From positions 96,784,001-96,848,000 of the forward strand of contig NC_087436.1 of assembly GCF_036321535.1 (NCBI RefSeq): DNA of 64,000 bases, written 5' to 3'. This stretch comes from Camelus dromedarius (taxonomy: Eukaryota). Both the position numbers and the translations under genes were made by a program. The notes beneath the pieces were generated by a model that did no database searches, was not told the origin of the DNA, and was given only the letters and a program-made list of their open reading frames with translations. This document shows, piece by piece, positions 51,950 to 64,000 of this stretch; within the stretch, counting starts at the first letter, position 1, and every line of letters begins with the position of its first letter.

Positions 51950-53115
51950 CTACGGTGGCCACCCCTTCCTTCTTCTGTGTGTGTCAGTAATGCGGAGACT
52001 GAGAAGCTTAAATCTGTATTTCCAGGACTCTTTTCCAGTGGGGGTTCATGATGTGATACAGTTTATGCAGTTAATAGACACAGAATGAATCAGAGCCCTG
52101 CTTTTGCAGCTGCTGCTGTGACTGCTGGAAAGTTTGGTCAGGAAGGCTCTGGGACTGTCTGCAGCTGCTTTAGCTGGAGATCAGTTATAGAAGCTGCTGT
52201 GAACAGTCATAAGGTGTTGAAAGTTTCAGGTGAACAGTCACCAAGTTTAAAATGTCCATTTAATGTCTCAATTTCCATACTACTGACAAACACAGAGGAA
52301 GGAAGGGAGAGTGGCCACCACAGTCTTTACAGTGAGACCCTCCAAGCACTTCAACATGTCTCATCAGGTGTGTGACTAGAGAGGCAGGGTGTTTTAAAAA
52401 CCGACTTCCTGATTTCTGGACGGACTAAGCTAAGGCTGTATGTGCATGTGTGGAGCCCCTTCCATAATTCCTGGCAGTGAGTTCCACTTTCTCATTTCTT
52501 TGTTGTAAGGCCAGCAGATCTTTTGCTGGGCTAGCTTTGCATGTTGTTGTGGGCCTCTTTCCTTGAGGACTAGCTTCTTTAGACATCCAGTGATTTTTGT
52601 AAGCATTTTTTTATTCCCTTTATTAAATGACATTCTGTTACTGGGTCCAGACTCGTTCTGCTCGCTGCACGATAGGCCAGTAAATCGGGAGACGAGGTGT
52701 TGGGGCAAGGAATAGCAACTTTATTAGGAAAGCTGGCAGACTAATGTCTTAGAGAACCATTCTCCTCCAGTCAGAATACAGGCTCCTTTTATACAGAAAA
52801 ACCAGGGAGGAGGTGTGGTTGATTGTTGCAAACTTCTTGGTGTAGGAATTCTTTCTTCCTGCAGCTGTCCACATGGGCCAGGTCATAATGCTCCTGCAAA
52901 ACCTCCAACAAAACAAATATTATTATCTATTCTGCAACTGGTGATCTTTACGTAAGTGCAGAGCTAGCAAGACTAAGTTTAGGAAACAGGGCTCAGTGGT
53001 CAAAGCCAACGGAACAGATCCAATATCGAGTCAGTTTTGTTCTCCTTTATTACAATTCTACTTAAATTACCTAGGTTTCTTTCTGTTATCTTCAACTGAA
53101 TCATGACTGATACAA
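51950..53115 (+). mobile_element. LTR33/LTR16-like ERVL LTR split by the 52636-53054 insertion
   Basis: ctgtatttccaggactcttttccag 5' motif. The 3' end rejoins as attaaatgacattc|tacttaaattacctagg...ttctgttatcttcaactgaatcatgactgataca. Confidence 0.65.
52636..53054 (-). mobile_element. ERV1-class solo LTR (419 bp), related to 44841-45345
   Basis: tgtta...ttaca ends, perfect TSD attc (52632-52635, 53055-53058), minus-strand AATAAA at 52720-52725, and several retained CpGs. Confidence 0.92.
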
Positions 53116-53249
53116 TCATGCCAAAACCAGAGACATAAGTTAGTTATCTCCTTGCTTGGCCACCAAAAATAAACTGCAAAATACAGACTCGCAAAAAAAA
53201 AAAAAGGAAGTAACTAAAAATTTTAAAATAATAAAATATGGACTCATTA

Positions 53250-53760
53250 ATTTTTATTGCTTTTCCTTTTGTTTAATGCCCTGCAAAATTATGAAATATT
53301 TCAAGATCATAGTGTATGAAAAATAATATAACAGATCTTTAAGTTTCCCCTACAGTGTTGATCAGATATCAATATTTGAATAGATTGCTTTAAATCTTAT
53401 TTTTTGACTAAAATTTTACAGATATATCTAAATCCCACTTATTTTTATGTACCTTCAAAGGCAACCAAATGTCTTATAAAATACACATATATTCCATGCA
53501 TATTTTTATGCTTTTACTATATACATGTGTGCACTTGTATCAATATATATTATTCTTTTATGTTTTTAAACTTCATATAAATCATTTCATATTCTATAAC
53601 TCATCTATTTCCCAATTTTCTATTTCTACCAGTATTATATTCTTGATATTTTTCTATTTTTTAACTTATAGATCCAGTTAATTTATTTTAACTTATATAT
53701 AATTTTCCATTGGCTGATTATACTATTTCCCTCCTGAGGTTGCTTCCAATGTTTGATTTT
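53250..53760 (-). mobile_element. Ancient L1ME-type 3' remnant
   Basis: attatgaaatatttcaa, ttttaaacttcatataaat, agatccagttaatttattttaact, ggttgcttccaat. Confidence 0.55.
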
Positions 53761-53764
53761 CTAA

Positions 53765-54222
53765 TAACATCTCAAAATCAGTATGCTAACAATTGAATTT
53801 GTAATTTCTCCTGACCTTTTACAGTGACTCCCATAATTGATTTCCTTGTTTTTGCCAATGGCACTTAACACCCCCAAATCCTTTCAGCTTCAAAACTTTG
53901 GGATCATCTTGACATGTTGATCAATTCATTGAACACTGGGTCCTTGTCAGTCTTACGTCTGCACTAAAATGTCATCTTCAGAGACGTTCCTAAAGTAGTC
54001 TACTCACCCCCTCACTTATCTTACTCCAGCAACAGACTGTTCTTTCCTTCAGAACATTGATCACAATGTATAATCGATATTTTACTTATACCCTTGTTTG
54101 TCTGTTGTTTGTCTTCTCCAGTTGACTGTGAGTTCTATAAAATTTAGGACCAGGTCTTTATATCCAGCTCTAGCATTAGAGCATGGGAGGAGCTCACTAG
54201 ATATTTAATGAATGAATGAATG
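53765..54222 (+). mobile_element. L2 fragment
   Basis: catctcaaaatcagtatgctaacaattgaatt ... gactgtgagttctata ... aatgaatgaatgaatg tail. Confidence 0.75.
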
Positions 54223-54559
54223 CATTGTGAGGCGCATTGCATCCTAAATTCAACCAGTCATGTCCTAAAAAATTTTTTTCTCTAAAGTATCAATAATGTA
54301 AATCTAAGCAGAGGACATTTAGGAAAAAAAAAAGAAATAAAGCAATGTTTTTGAGCTTAGCACATTGCATGGTTATATGTTTACAACTCTAACCATTAGA
54401 AATGGTAAATATTTTATACATGTGAAGTGTTCCTTTTGTTTTTTACTTTAGGATAAACGACCCAAAATAAAATCACCTTGTCAAATATGTGACCTATTAA
54501 CTATAGCAGTGGTTTAAAATTTTCATGTAAATACATTGTTTTCTATTAATGGCATGAAT

Positions 54560-56330
54560 TTTTTAAAATAATTATGTATAATTTCAAATATAGAGAAAAA
54601 TATGAAAATAACACAGACAACTATGTACCCACCATTAAGATTAAACAGATGTTAACATTTCACCATATGTACAGCAATTCTGTCTTTAAAAATGGGAAAT
54701 AAAATGGTATAGATTAAGCTAAATCCCCCTTTTCTGTTTCCTTTTGTACCCACCAGTAACCAATATCTTAAACTGGTGTATCCTTCCTGTGCATGTCATC
54801 TTGTATATATAAAAAAAGTGTAATTATTATTTTATATGTGCATTCTGGGTCCCTTATTTAAGAAAAAAACACAATTACAAAAGAAAGTTAGATGTAAAGG
54901 TAAATGTTTAGAATAAGAATTCACAACACATTTAAAAATGCAAAAAGCTAATAAATGTCACAAGCATCACACAATAAGCAAAAATACCATTTTTTTGAAT
55001 GAAGTACCTGACCTGTCTCTATAATACATTTTTTCTACATTTGTAACCGTAGTCCTTGATTACCTCTTCCCATGACAACATTTAAAAATACTAATTTCTA
55101 TAGACCATTAAGAAAGAAAATGCTTTTCCCTCTAACATGGGTGAACTAAATTTACTTTTTATTATTGATAGTTGGAGTGTATTAAACTTAATATTTCACA
55201 CATGTGCTTTCTTGTCATGCTGTTACAGGTTTATGTCCAACACCGGGGATTCAAGAGGAAGAAACTATTGCTCGTGGATGTCATCAGCAGCTGCTGAAGG
55301 AGAGACTGATCTGTCTCAAGAAGGTAATGCATGCCTATCTATCATCCCACTATCTTAATTCCTGTTTAGCTTGTTGAAAGAAATAAATGGAAATAAAGCA
55401 CTAACCAAGTGTGTGCACCATCATATTGGTTACCTTTCAATATCCTGAAACCAAGGATGACATGTTTAACTATGAGTTAATTTTCAGAATAAAACATCTT
55501 CCCTTCCCTTCCTGAAAAGAGGCCTACGCAAGTGGAAGTTGCCAAAACTTAAGGTTCATTTGTTAAATCTACCTTCATTTGTGTGTATTTATACTTTACA
55601 TGTGTGGCACTGTCTCCAGGGTAGCAAACTAGAGTGAAATTCTTGGTTATAGGATGTGTCTGCCTTAAGCAAATTGCTAACTAAAATGGCTCTAACATTT
55701 TATAGTCTATTAATGAGAGTCACTGTTACATTTTCATCAGTACCTGGTGTCCCATACTTACAAATTTTTGCAGCTGGTTTTGAGAGGGATTCTTACTGCT
55801 GTTTTTATTTGCATTAAATGTTGGATGTTTAATGTGTTTATTCTTACTGTCTACCTTGATTTCCTCAACTGTGAATTGCCTATTTGTGTCCTTGGATTAT
55901 TATTGGATTTGCTTCATTTTTACTTATTGTTTTGAAGATATTAATTGTATTTTCCAATTGCTAATTCTTTATCTGTTAAATGGGTGGTAAGTATCTTCTT
56001 CCAGTCTATGACTTATGATCTTAGTTTGTTTCTAATCTCCTTTGTCATGCTGAGGTTTTCAATTTAATGCAGCAGATTTTACTTATCTTTTATTTGATGA
56101 ATTTTGCTTTTTTGTTTCATAAATATGAAAATCTTCTCTCTCCTTCCACAAAGATATATTCTCATGGTTCTTTTCTAAAAGTTTTAGAGTTTTATTTCTC
56201 ATATTGAAATTTTGATGCTTTAGGAATTGATTTTGTGAGTGTTATATAAAGTAAGAAATATTTTTACTTAATATAATTGGAGCTCCAATTTGGTTAATAT
56301 GCCTTCTGTTTTCTACTGATTGATAAAGCC
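54560..56330 (-). mobile_element. Ancient L1ME-type fragment, interrupted at ~54845-55575
   Basis: ttatgtataatttcaaatatagagaaaa 3' end, then ctagagtgaaattcttgg, gtgaattgcctatttg, atcttcttccagtctatg, tctaaaagttttagagttt. Confidence 0.65.
54845..55575. mobile_element. Possible hAT-Tip100-type DNA transposon remnant
   Basis: gggtcccttatttaagaaaaaaacacaatta start and cttaaggttcattt...taaatctacct end resemble recalled Tip100-group ends. It interrupts the L1ME fragment. Confidence 0.4.
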
Positions 56331-56349
56331 AATTAATTAATTCCACCAG

Positions 56350-56535
56350 AATTGAAATCATGACTCCATCCTCACAAGCTGTATGATCCTAAGCAAGTTA
56401 CTTAAACTCTGGTATTCCTCAGTTTACACAGTTATAAATAATGCACCACATAGGGACATTGTGAAAATTAAATGAGGTAACAATTATAAAATTTTGAGGT
56501 GAGATCTTGACATATATTAAACACTCAATAATGGC
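56350..56535 (+). mobile_element. MIR SINE
   Basis: agctgtatgatcctaagcaagttacttaaactct...cctcagttt...ttgtgaaaattaaatgagg...cactcaataa. Confidence 0.85.
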
Positions 56536-56579
56536 ACCTCAGTAAATTGTACCCTTCTTCCTTTCCCTGCTGAAGTTCA

Positions 56580-57780
56580 GTATAATTTGACAACTAAAGG
56601 AGTAAATATGGGGGCCAAAATATTTATTATTAAAGATAAAGAGCATAATTTATAGAAGCAGACTTGGGTATTTATTCATAACCTCAGAGTTAAGGATACT
56701 TTTTTATTTAGTCATGGGCAAGGCTGGATTAGTGCAGGCTTCGCATATGGAAGGCCCTTGTAGATAAGAATTAACATCTTTTGCTAAGATAGTCTGGAAA
56801 TTTTGCATATATGTTCAAAAGTGGGATTGAGCTACTTATTTCTTGTACTATTCTTGTCAAATTTTGGTATCAAGATTATACTATTTCTTTTTGTTTTCTT
56901 GTTTTCTTTGGGGGGGATAATTTGCATAAAACTGGAATCATCTGTTTATTAGAAGTTGGGTAACATGTTTTTACAAAACTACCTAGATCTAAATCCACCC
57001 ACCCACTGACTATGGGTTTATTTGTGTGTATGTGTGGATTCTATTCTACTCTTCTGTCTCTTCAGTAGTTATAAGACTACTCAGTTGGTGAATTATGATT
57101 TTCCATTTCATTGCAAAGTTGTGCTTGGTATTCTCTTATGATATTTTCAGATCTCTTGTATATCTGTGACTATCCTTACTTTCTTTGTTCGTAGTGGCAT
57201 GGGAATGTGTGTATTTTTATGACTGTGTGGATGCCCTTCTCTTTTTTTAATGAACAATCTCACCAGAATTTTACCTAATTTATTAGTCTTCTAAAAGCTT
57301 TAACTTTTGGATTTTGTTGATATTTCCCTTTTGCCTTGTTAATGTTAATTTTTACTAGTACTTATGTTCTACTTTTATTTTCTTATATTCTGTTTTTCTG
57401 ATTTCTTTTGTTGAATTCTTATTTCTTGTTTATCAATATGCCATCTTTGCTACAATAAGAATGTAAAGATAAAGATTCCTTTTCTATATGGTTTTAGCTG
57501 CATCTCATCCAATTTAATATACTTTATGTTACATTTTCTATTTGTCCCATGATTTATTTAAAAGAATATTAAATTATCCAATTAAGAAGGGATTTTTAGT
57601 TATCTTTTTATAATTCATTTTACTTTGTATGGTTTAGTATTTTTTTGTAATTTTCAAAAATTTTTCTGTATCATAGTACATACTCATTTTGGAGACAACT
57701 CTATGATTACTTGAAATGAAAATACATTTTCTGTCAGGCTTTTATATATCCAAGTATATATTATTTCAAACCCATCAATT
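56580..57780 (-). mobile_element. Degenerate L1 ORF2 fragments
   Basis: ttttgcatatatgttca...ttttggtatcaagattatact, tttattagtcttctaaaa, ttttagctgcatctcat are antisense ORF2-like. Confidence 0.55.
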
Positions 57781-57809
57781 AGATTATTAAAATTCACTTA
57801 TGTCTATGT

Positions 57810-58170
57810 TAAACAGGTATTGATCTATCCTAGGAGCCAGACCCTTTTTCTAAGCACTGAGAATGTAGCAGTGAAAAAAAAATAAGTGAACTCTCTGTTT
57901 TTATTGAGCTTGTATTCTAGTAGGGGAAGACAAGCAGTATGCAAATAAATAAGTATATATGAAAAGTCAGATGGTAATAAAGGATAAGAAGAAAAATAAA
58001 GCAGAGAGGATTGAGGTGAAGGTGTTGGTTATTTTTTATGTGGTGGTTTTCTCTTCAGGTGGGAGTAAGAACAAGTGTGTGGCCTGAGGGAAGGAATTCT
58101 TTGGCCAGAGAGGAGTGAGCAAAGATAAGAGTAGTGGAAGATGAGCTTAGAGAGTTAGTGGGTAGCCAGG
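57810..58170 (-). mobile_element. L2 3' end
   Basis: ttctaagcactgagaatgtagcagtgaa...gagcttgtattctagtaggggaagacaag. Confidence 0.75.
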
Positions 58171-59089
58171 TAAAATTTAGATGTCAAATTGGTCAGGAGG
58201 AACTAACAGTAAGACTTGGAAGGACTAGGGAAATAGAAAGGAAAAGATAATTAACTTGTCAGCCAAGCAGAGTTGGGCCAAGAGTGAAGATATCTCAAAT
58301 TCGTTATCTGGTTCTTTTACTAATAATCCGGGTAAAATTGAAATATTTTTTGAGCTTTTTTGATTCTGAAACATTTTAGCCAAGGGTCCTCCCAACCCTA
58401 AATATCTATAGCAAATTAGAATGTATTGTAGTAACTATGGGTGGGTCATTAATCCACTACAGAAGGATTGATTTGTGGACAACTTTTAGGCTTCTCTACT
58501 GTTCTAAAGACTGGAGGAAAACAGTGGCTTGTCAGGTGGCACTACCAAGCAGGTGGGTGCTTTCAATTTGCCAACACTTGCATTTAGATAGAACAAGGAT
58601 TATATGGTTGTCTTTGTTGTTATTTTTTAGGAAACCATTCAGGATAATAAGTTCTTAGAGTTTTCTCAGGGAGTTTTGCAACTGGCAGTCTATTTTAACT
58701 ACTAAATTCACAATGGTGCAATTCCGTGTAGAATTGGAAAAATCTCAATCCAACAGATGATACTAACTATGCAAAAAATTAGAAAGGAGCATTAGAGGTC
58801 CAGTCTTGGGGATCAAAGAGTTAACCAAAGGAATTTTCTGTGTAGAAAAGTTCTAACTATGAAGGAAAGTTGCATTTTATTGTCATTTCAATTCAGAGTT
58901 AACAGGATGTAGTTTCAACTTAGATTTGTGATTGAACTTGTACTTCTATGCTTGTTATACTAACAAGAATTATAAGGAAAAACAACAGTCACTTGCCCCA
59001 CACTATTTTACTTCTCTCCTGATTACTGTTCTCAGAGTCAGGTAATTTTAGTTTAAGCTTTATCTGATCTTTACCTCTGAATAACTTAC

Positions 59090-59221
<132 letters not shown>

Positions 59222-59269
59222 ACTGCTGTTATTCATTTTTCGATTTTAGGTACTCTCCAGTTTCCTCCT

Positions 59270-59990
59270 CTACCACATTATTCCCAAAGTTTACAAACAT
59301 GCAGTAACACTCCAATCTTAAAGGAAAACAGCAGCTTATTTTGGTCCTAATTTCTCCGAGTAACAACCAGGTATCTTTATTTCCCTTTGTAGCAAAACTC
59401 TATTTGAGGTTTCCAAATCTCACCCCTCTCATTCTCTCTAAAATCAAGCTTTTGTTTTCAGCATTCCACCAGTACTGATTAAAGTTATCAGTAGGTTTCA
59501 TTGATAATTCCAATGCTCAATTTTCAGTCCTTATACTTCTTAATTTGCAAGTAATTAACTTCCACTTCTGTGATACAATCACCTAACTTAGATTTGAACT
59601 AACTATAGTCGCTTGTGGTCCCACTTGCATTTGAGATCACTATTTTTAAGTCTTCTTTCTGATTCCTTCTTCTTTCATTTACCTTTCAATTTTCAATTCC
59701 CTCAAGTGTCAGTCTTCAGTGTATATGTGCATAGTTACACACATATATATATATTATGATATATTCTACTATATATACATATCTATATAGAGAGAATATG
59801 TTTCTCTCTTTGAATAAATAGATAAGGCAGTCTCAAATATCCAACAGCTTTCTCTACATCTTCACTCAGATGGCAAATGGACATCTCAAACTAAACATAT
59901 CTAATACTAAACAACAGGTTTTTTCCTTCAAACCTGCTCTACTCTTGGCCTTCCCAAAATTAGTTGATGTCAACTGCATCTTCCTTTTTT
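59270..59990 (+). mobile_element. L2 fragment
   Basis: ccctttgtagcaaaactc, ccaatgctcaattttcagtcctt, catctcaaactaaacatatctaa...aaacctgctct. Confidence 0.65.
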
Positions 59991-59999
59991 ACTCCACGA

Positions 60000-60490
60000 C
60001 AACAAGGAATGATACATGCAACAACCTAGACGGATCTTAAAGGCATTGTACTGACTGAAAGAAGCCAGCCTTACAAGGTTACAAATTGCATGATTCCATT
60101 ATTTAACATTTTCAAAAAATTAAAATTACCACTGTGGAAAACAGTTCAGTAGTTACCAGAGGTTGGGAGTCAAGGGAAAGGGATGATGGGAGATACCATG
60201 TTGAAGTATTCTTAGTGTGATGGAACTGTTCATATCTTTATTCTGGTGGTTGATATAAGAATCTATTCATGTGTCAAAATTCGTAGACTTAGATGTCTAC
60301 AAAACATCCTTTTACTAAATGCTAATTTAAAAATATAATTTAAAAAACATTATGAGATGCACCAAAACAGGACTAAGAAGAAAATTTATAGAAGGAAATG
60401 ACCATGTTAAAAAAAGAGAAAGGTTTAAAAATCGATGGTTTAAACATTCACTTTATGAAGTTAGGAAAAGAACAAATTAAAGACAGAATA
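60000..60490 (+). mobile_element. L1 3' end (L1MC/MD-type) followed by a short ORF2-like fragment
   Basis: gatacatgcaacaacctagacggatcttaaaggcatt...cagtagttaccagaggttggg...gtgatggaactgttc, then ttatgagatgcaccaaaacag...gaaaatttatag. Confidence 0.75.
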
Positions 60491-60589
60491 AGTACAGCAT
60501 CTGATTTTCTGAAATGAAAAAGATTTAGCTCCCTTACAGTCCCCTACACATCTCCTCCAAATGCCTCCTCCACATTTGAAATCTAGTGT

Positions 60590-61012
60590 CAGGTTTCCCC
60601 TGCTGTCCAAAAGTAGAGTATTCTATGAAATTTGTCATAAAACAAAACAGCATAAAATGAAGAAGCAATCACCTTAGGAGACAGCTTGCTAACGGATGCG
60701 TGAAATAAATCCAGATAAAGCACAGATGCTTACAGACACAGTTCAAAGCTTTGGCAGCTGGATGCTCAGATGTTGAGAGTAGTTCCTGAGGAAGGCATTT
60801 GGCGATGCCACTCTTCTCTGCTCCAGGCGGGTGCTCCCTCTATCAGGGCTTCCTGCAGAACAAACATTAAATGTTATTTCACTTCTGGTCTTTTTTCGTT
60901 AAAGTGAAAATCCTCTTCGGATTTCTTTTTGTTAGCAAAAACAGGTACTAATATAGGTCTTTTGTAAACACAAGTGGCATAAAGCCAACTTTGGAAAAGC
61001 TGGGAATACCTG
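60590..61012. mobile_element. Tigger-type (Tigger6-like) non-autonomous TcMar element
   Basis: Imperfect ~25-bp TIRs: caggtttcccctgctgtccaaaagt versus the reverse complement of the right end caggtattcccagcttttccaaagt. Subfamily from recall. Confidence 0.7.
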
Positions 61013-61544
61013 TCTTACTTTTAGATGACATTTCTGTAAGTTTTCACTGAAGTCAAACTTTCTTACATTATCGTGACTATTGTAATATTATCCATATTTC
61101 CTTTTCTGTACAATTTTTTTCCTAATAGATAATAATTACCTATATTTGAAATTGTTTTTGTTTCTTAATTTCCTATATAACTATCATTTGTGTGAATGTA
61201 AATTTTTCTCTATATACACGCATACACATAAAGTCACAAATCAATTTTTTCGCTTGGAGCCATGCCTATTACTACCTCTGCTTCTGTCTTCCCGCTGAAG
61301 TCTGGACTGGTTGCTGTTTACACTGGCTACTCAGACTTGTCTTAGGATTTTCTTATGCCATCACCTTTGGAATTGCTTTGTTGTCACCTATGTCTTAAAT
61401 TCCATTTTTCCTCTTTCTTATTTGCAACTCTTTGGTAGAACATTTTTTCTAGAATTTTCCTAAGAAAATATAAATGGAAGGTGCTTCTTTTGAGATATAT
61501 CATACTTGATAGTTGGGTAAATAATTTTTACATAAAATTACACA

Positions 61545-62645
61545 TCTTTTTTAAAATAGAATTTGTATTTTAGAACAGTTTTAAGTTTATAGAAAAATTG
61601 AGAAGGTAGTACTGAGATTTTCCATAGACCCCCTCCTCACCTAATTTCCCCCATTATTAACATCTTGCATTGGTATAGTACTGTTTCTTTTTTTTTTTTA
61701 CAAACAATGAATCAGTGTTGATATAATGTTAGTGATACATCGTTATTACCTGAAGTCCATGGTTTATTCAGATTTCCTTAGGTTTTACCCAGTGTCCTTT
61801 CTCTGTTTCTGGATCCCATCCAAGATATCATCTTACGTTTACTTATTACATCTCCTTCTGCTCCAGTTGGCTGTGAAGTTTCTCACACTCTTTGTTTTTG
61901 ATGGCCTTGGCAGGTTTTTGTAGTATTGGTCAGGTATCTTGTAGGGTGCTTCTCTGTTCTAATTTGTCTGATGTTTTTCTTCTCATTAGACTAGGGTTCT
62001 AGTTTTTGGAGGGGAAAGTGACATTTTTATCATATCATAACAAGGATACATGGTATCACCAGGATTTTTCACTATTACTATTAACCGTAATCACCTAGTA
62101 GATGTAGCATTTATCAAGTTTCTTCACTAGGAAGTTACTCGCTTTTCCCTGTTTCCGTATTGTAGTCTCTGGAAGGAAGTCACTACGCACAGCCCATGCT
62201 TAACGTCTGGAGACATATGCTGTCTCTCGTGAGGGCTGAGTATCTATATCAATTGTTTGGAATTCTTCTGCAAGGGATACTTCTCTGTTCTCCCCCACTT
62301 ATTTATTTATTTGATCATTTATTTGTATCAGTATAGACTCATGGATATTTATTGTATTCTTTGGGTTATAATCCAATACTACTCTATTTTGTTTCTCAAA
62401 TTGTTCTAGCTTTGGCTGTTGAGTCAGCTCTCACTGACTCCTGTGTCCCTTTCACATATCCCCATACATTTATTTTAGCACTGCCTTACTTGTTGGCGCA
62501 AGATGCTCCAGGCTCATCTTGTGAATTCCTTGCTCCTGTCCTAGGTCAGCCATTTCTCCAAGGAGCCACGGTTCCTTCTGTTGCAGAAGGGTATTAGAAA
62601 CCAAGATGTGGGTATTGGTTGTGCTCTGTGCCCCTAGGGCCATCA
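61545..62645 (-). mobile_element. L1MC-type 3' UTR
   Basis: ttttagaacagttttaagtttatagaaaaattgag...cccattattaacatcttgcat...ggaaggaagtcactacgcacagccca...cagccatttctccaaggagcc. Confidence 0.88.
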
Positions 62646-62699
62646 CTTGGTTTTTATCATTAGATAAGCTATTAGAGACCAGGGAGGAATCTACATAAA

Positions 62700-63250
62700 G
62701 TTTTATATCCTTGTTTTCTTTCTCTTACTGCTCATTGTATACAATTTGGAAAGTATAGAAATAAGTATACATTTTATAGACATAGAAATAGGCTTAAAAT
62801 CAATATTTAATTTTTTCTTATTCTTTTTTATTGCCTTTAAATAATATTTATGTTTCTTTGTCATTAAAATTTTTATACAAAGAATTTATAATGGTGTATA
62901 ATATTGAGTGAATATACATGATATTTTCTATTTCTAAAGTTAAAGATTTGGGTAGCTTCAATTTTTAACATTACAGGTAGAAAGACTATCTTCTATTAAT
63001 TTCCAATTGCTTATTTAGAGTAGATTTCTTAAAGTAGAATTTTCTGGTCAAAGAACTTTATATATTCAAAGCAAGATGTATTTGATCTACTTACTTTCAA
63101 AAGAGGTAGCAATATTTATTACCAATACCAGTGTATGAGACTGTTCATCTTTTGATAACCTAAAGATCAATAAACAATAATAGTTGTTAAGTGTTAATTG
63201 ATTAGAAAAGTATTATCTCTTTATGGTTTCAATTTTTGGTTGCTACTTCA
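62700..63250 (-). mobile_element. Ancient L1ME-type remnant
   Basis: tagatttcttaaagtagaattttctggtcaaag, ccaataccagtgtatgagact. Confidence 0.5.
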
Positions 63251-63674
63251 TTGTTTGTTTGCCATACTCAAATGAGTAATGCAAACATCAGTTAGACATG
63301 CCACCTATTTGATCTCTCACTGGCTTCCATGAAAGATCTACCTGGACATTTCATGAACTCAGAAATTTTGCTGGAGATTTGAAAGATCATAGGAAGAGGA
63401 CATACTGCATGGGCAGATCACAAAATTGTCTCCACCCCCTACCAATTCTCACCTCTGCCTCCACTTCCTTTTCCTTTCATTCCCAGGATTGGTTCAGACC
63501 ATACTCAGGTTCCTTCTGGCTCTCACCTTCTGCCTCAAGTGCCTTTAAAGATGTTCCCTATGACGAATTCCACTGAATAAAGTTACTTCCATTTCACTAT
63601 ACCAATGGTTTCTTTTTCATGCATTTTGTGTTGGGTCTTTTAGTAAACGGTCTTTTGAAAATAAATAAATACTA

Positions 63675-63810
63675 CTTATTCATTTAATATCAACATATTT
63701 ATTAAATGCTGTCAAAGTGTCAGGCAGCACAATACTCAGCACCAGGGATGGAAAGCAGTTACCGCATGCTTTTACTTCAAGTTGTTTACAATCTTGTGGG
63801 AGACACTTAC
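63675..63810 (-). mobile_element. L2 3' end
   Basis: caacatatttattaaatgct...gtgtcaggca...ttacaatcttgtgggagaca. Confidence 0.6.
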
Positions 63811-64000
63811 AGCCTCATGACTTTTTTGAAGCAAATAAAGATTAATTATTTTAATCACAAGAAGCCGTGAAGCTCATGTTAGAAGTGCCTCTAGAAAGGG
63901 AATGTGGCTCTCACTTTAGCTATTCCCCATGGAAACCATCTGAGAACATCCTCAAAATGTCAAAAAAGATGAAGAATGAAAAAGAGGGAAAGGAAAAGAA

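Noticed and set aside
44841..53054. Possible single provirus bounded by the two related LTRs
   Set aside because: Opposite orientations, different TSDs and lengths, and no PBS, gag or pol sequence recognised between them.
58525..58560. Two adjacent CAGGTGG words resembling CTCF cores
   Set aside because: Both miss key positions of the CTCF consensus. Not supportable from sequence alone.

Overview
AT-rich, CpG-poor mammalian non-coding DNA (intergenic or deep intronic), almost certainly from a camelid because it carries a Vic-1-type tRNA-derived SINE. I recognise no host protein-coding exon, RNA gene or CpG-island promoter. The ORF-track entries are either decayed L1/L2 reading frames or chance ORFs. 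The window is dominated by transposable elements: an apparently end-to-end but decayed ~6.4 kb L1 (minus strand, 23442-29820), three ERV1-class solo LTRs with 4-bp TSDs clustered within 44.8-53.1 kb, a MER67-like LTR, MLT1/ERVL LTRs, L2, MIR, and hAT/Tigger elements. The most unusual signals are a perfect 274-bp non-tandem duplication of unique DNA (42815-43088 = 44252-44525) and a ~235-bp monomer array in the L1 5' UTR. I found no convincing evidence for a new biological system. Repeat subfamily names come from recalled consensus features, not from a database search, and boundaries without TSDs are approximate.
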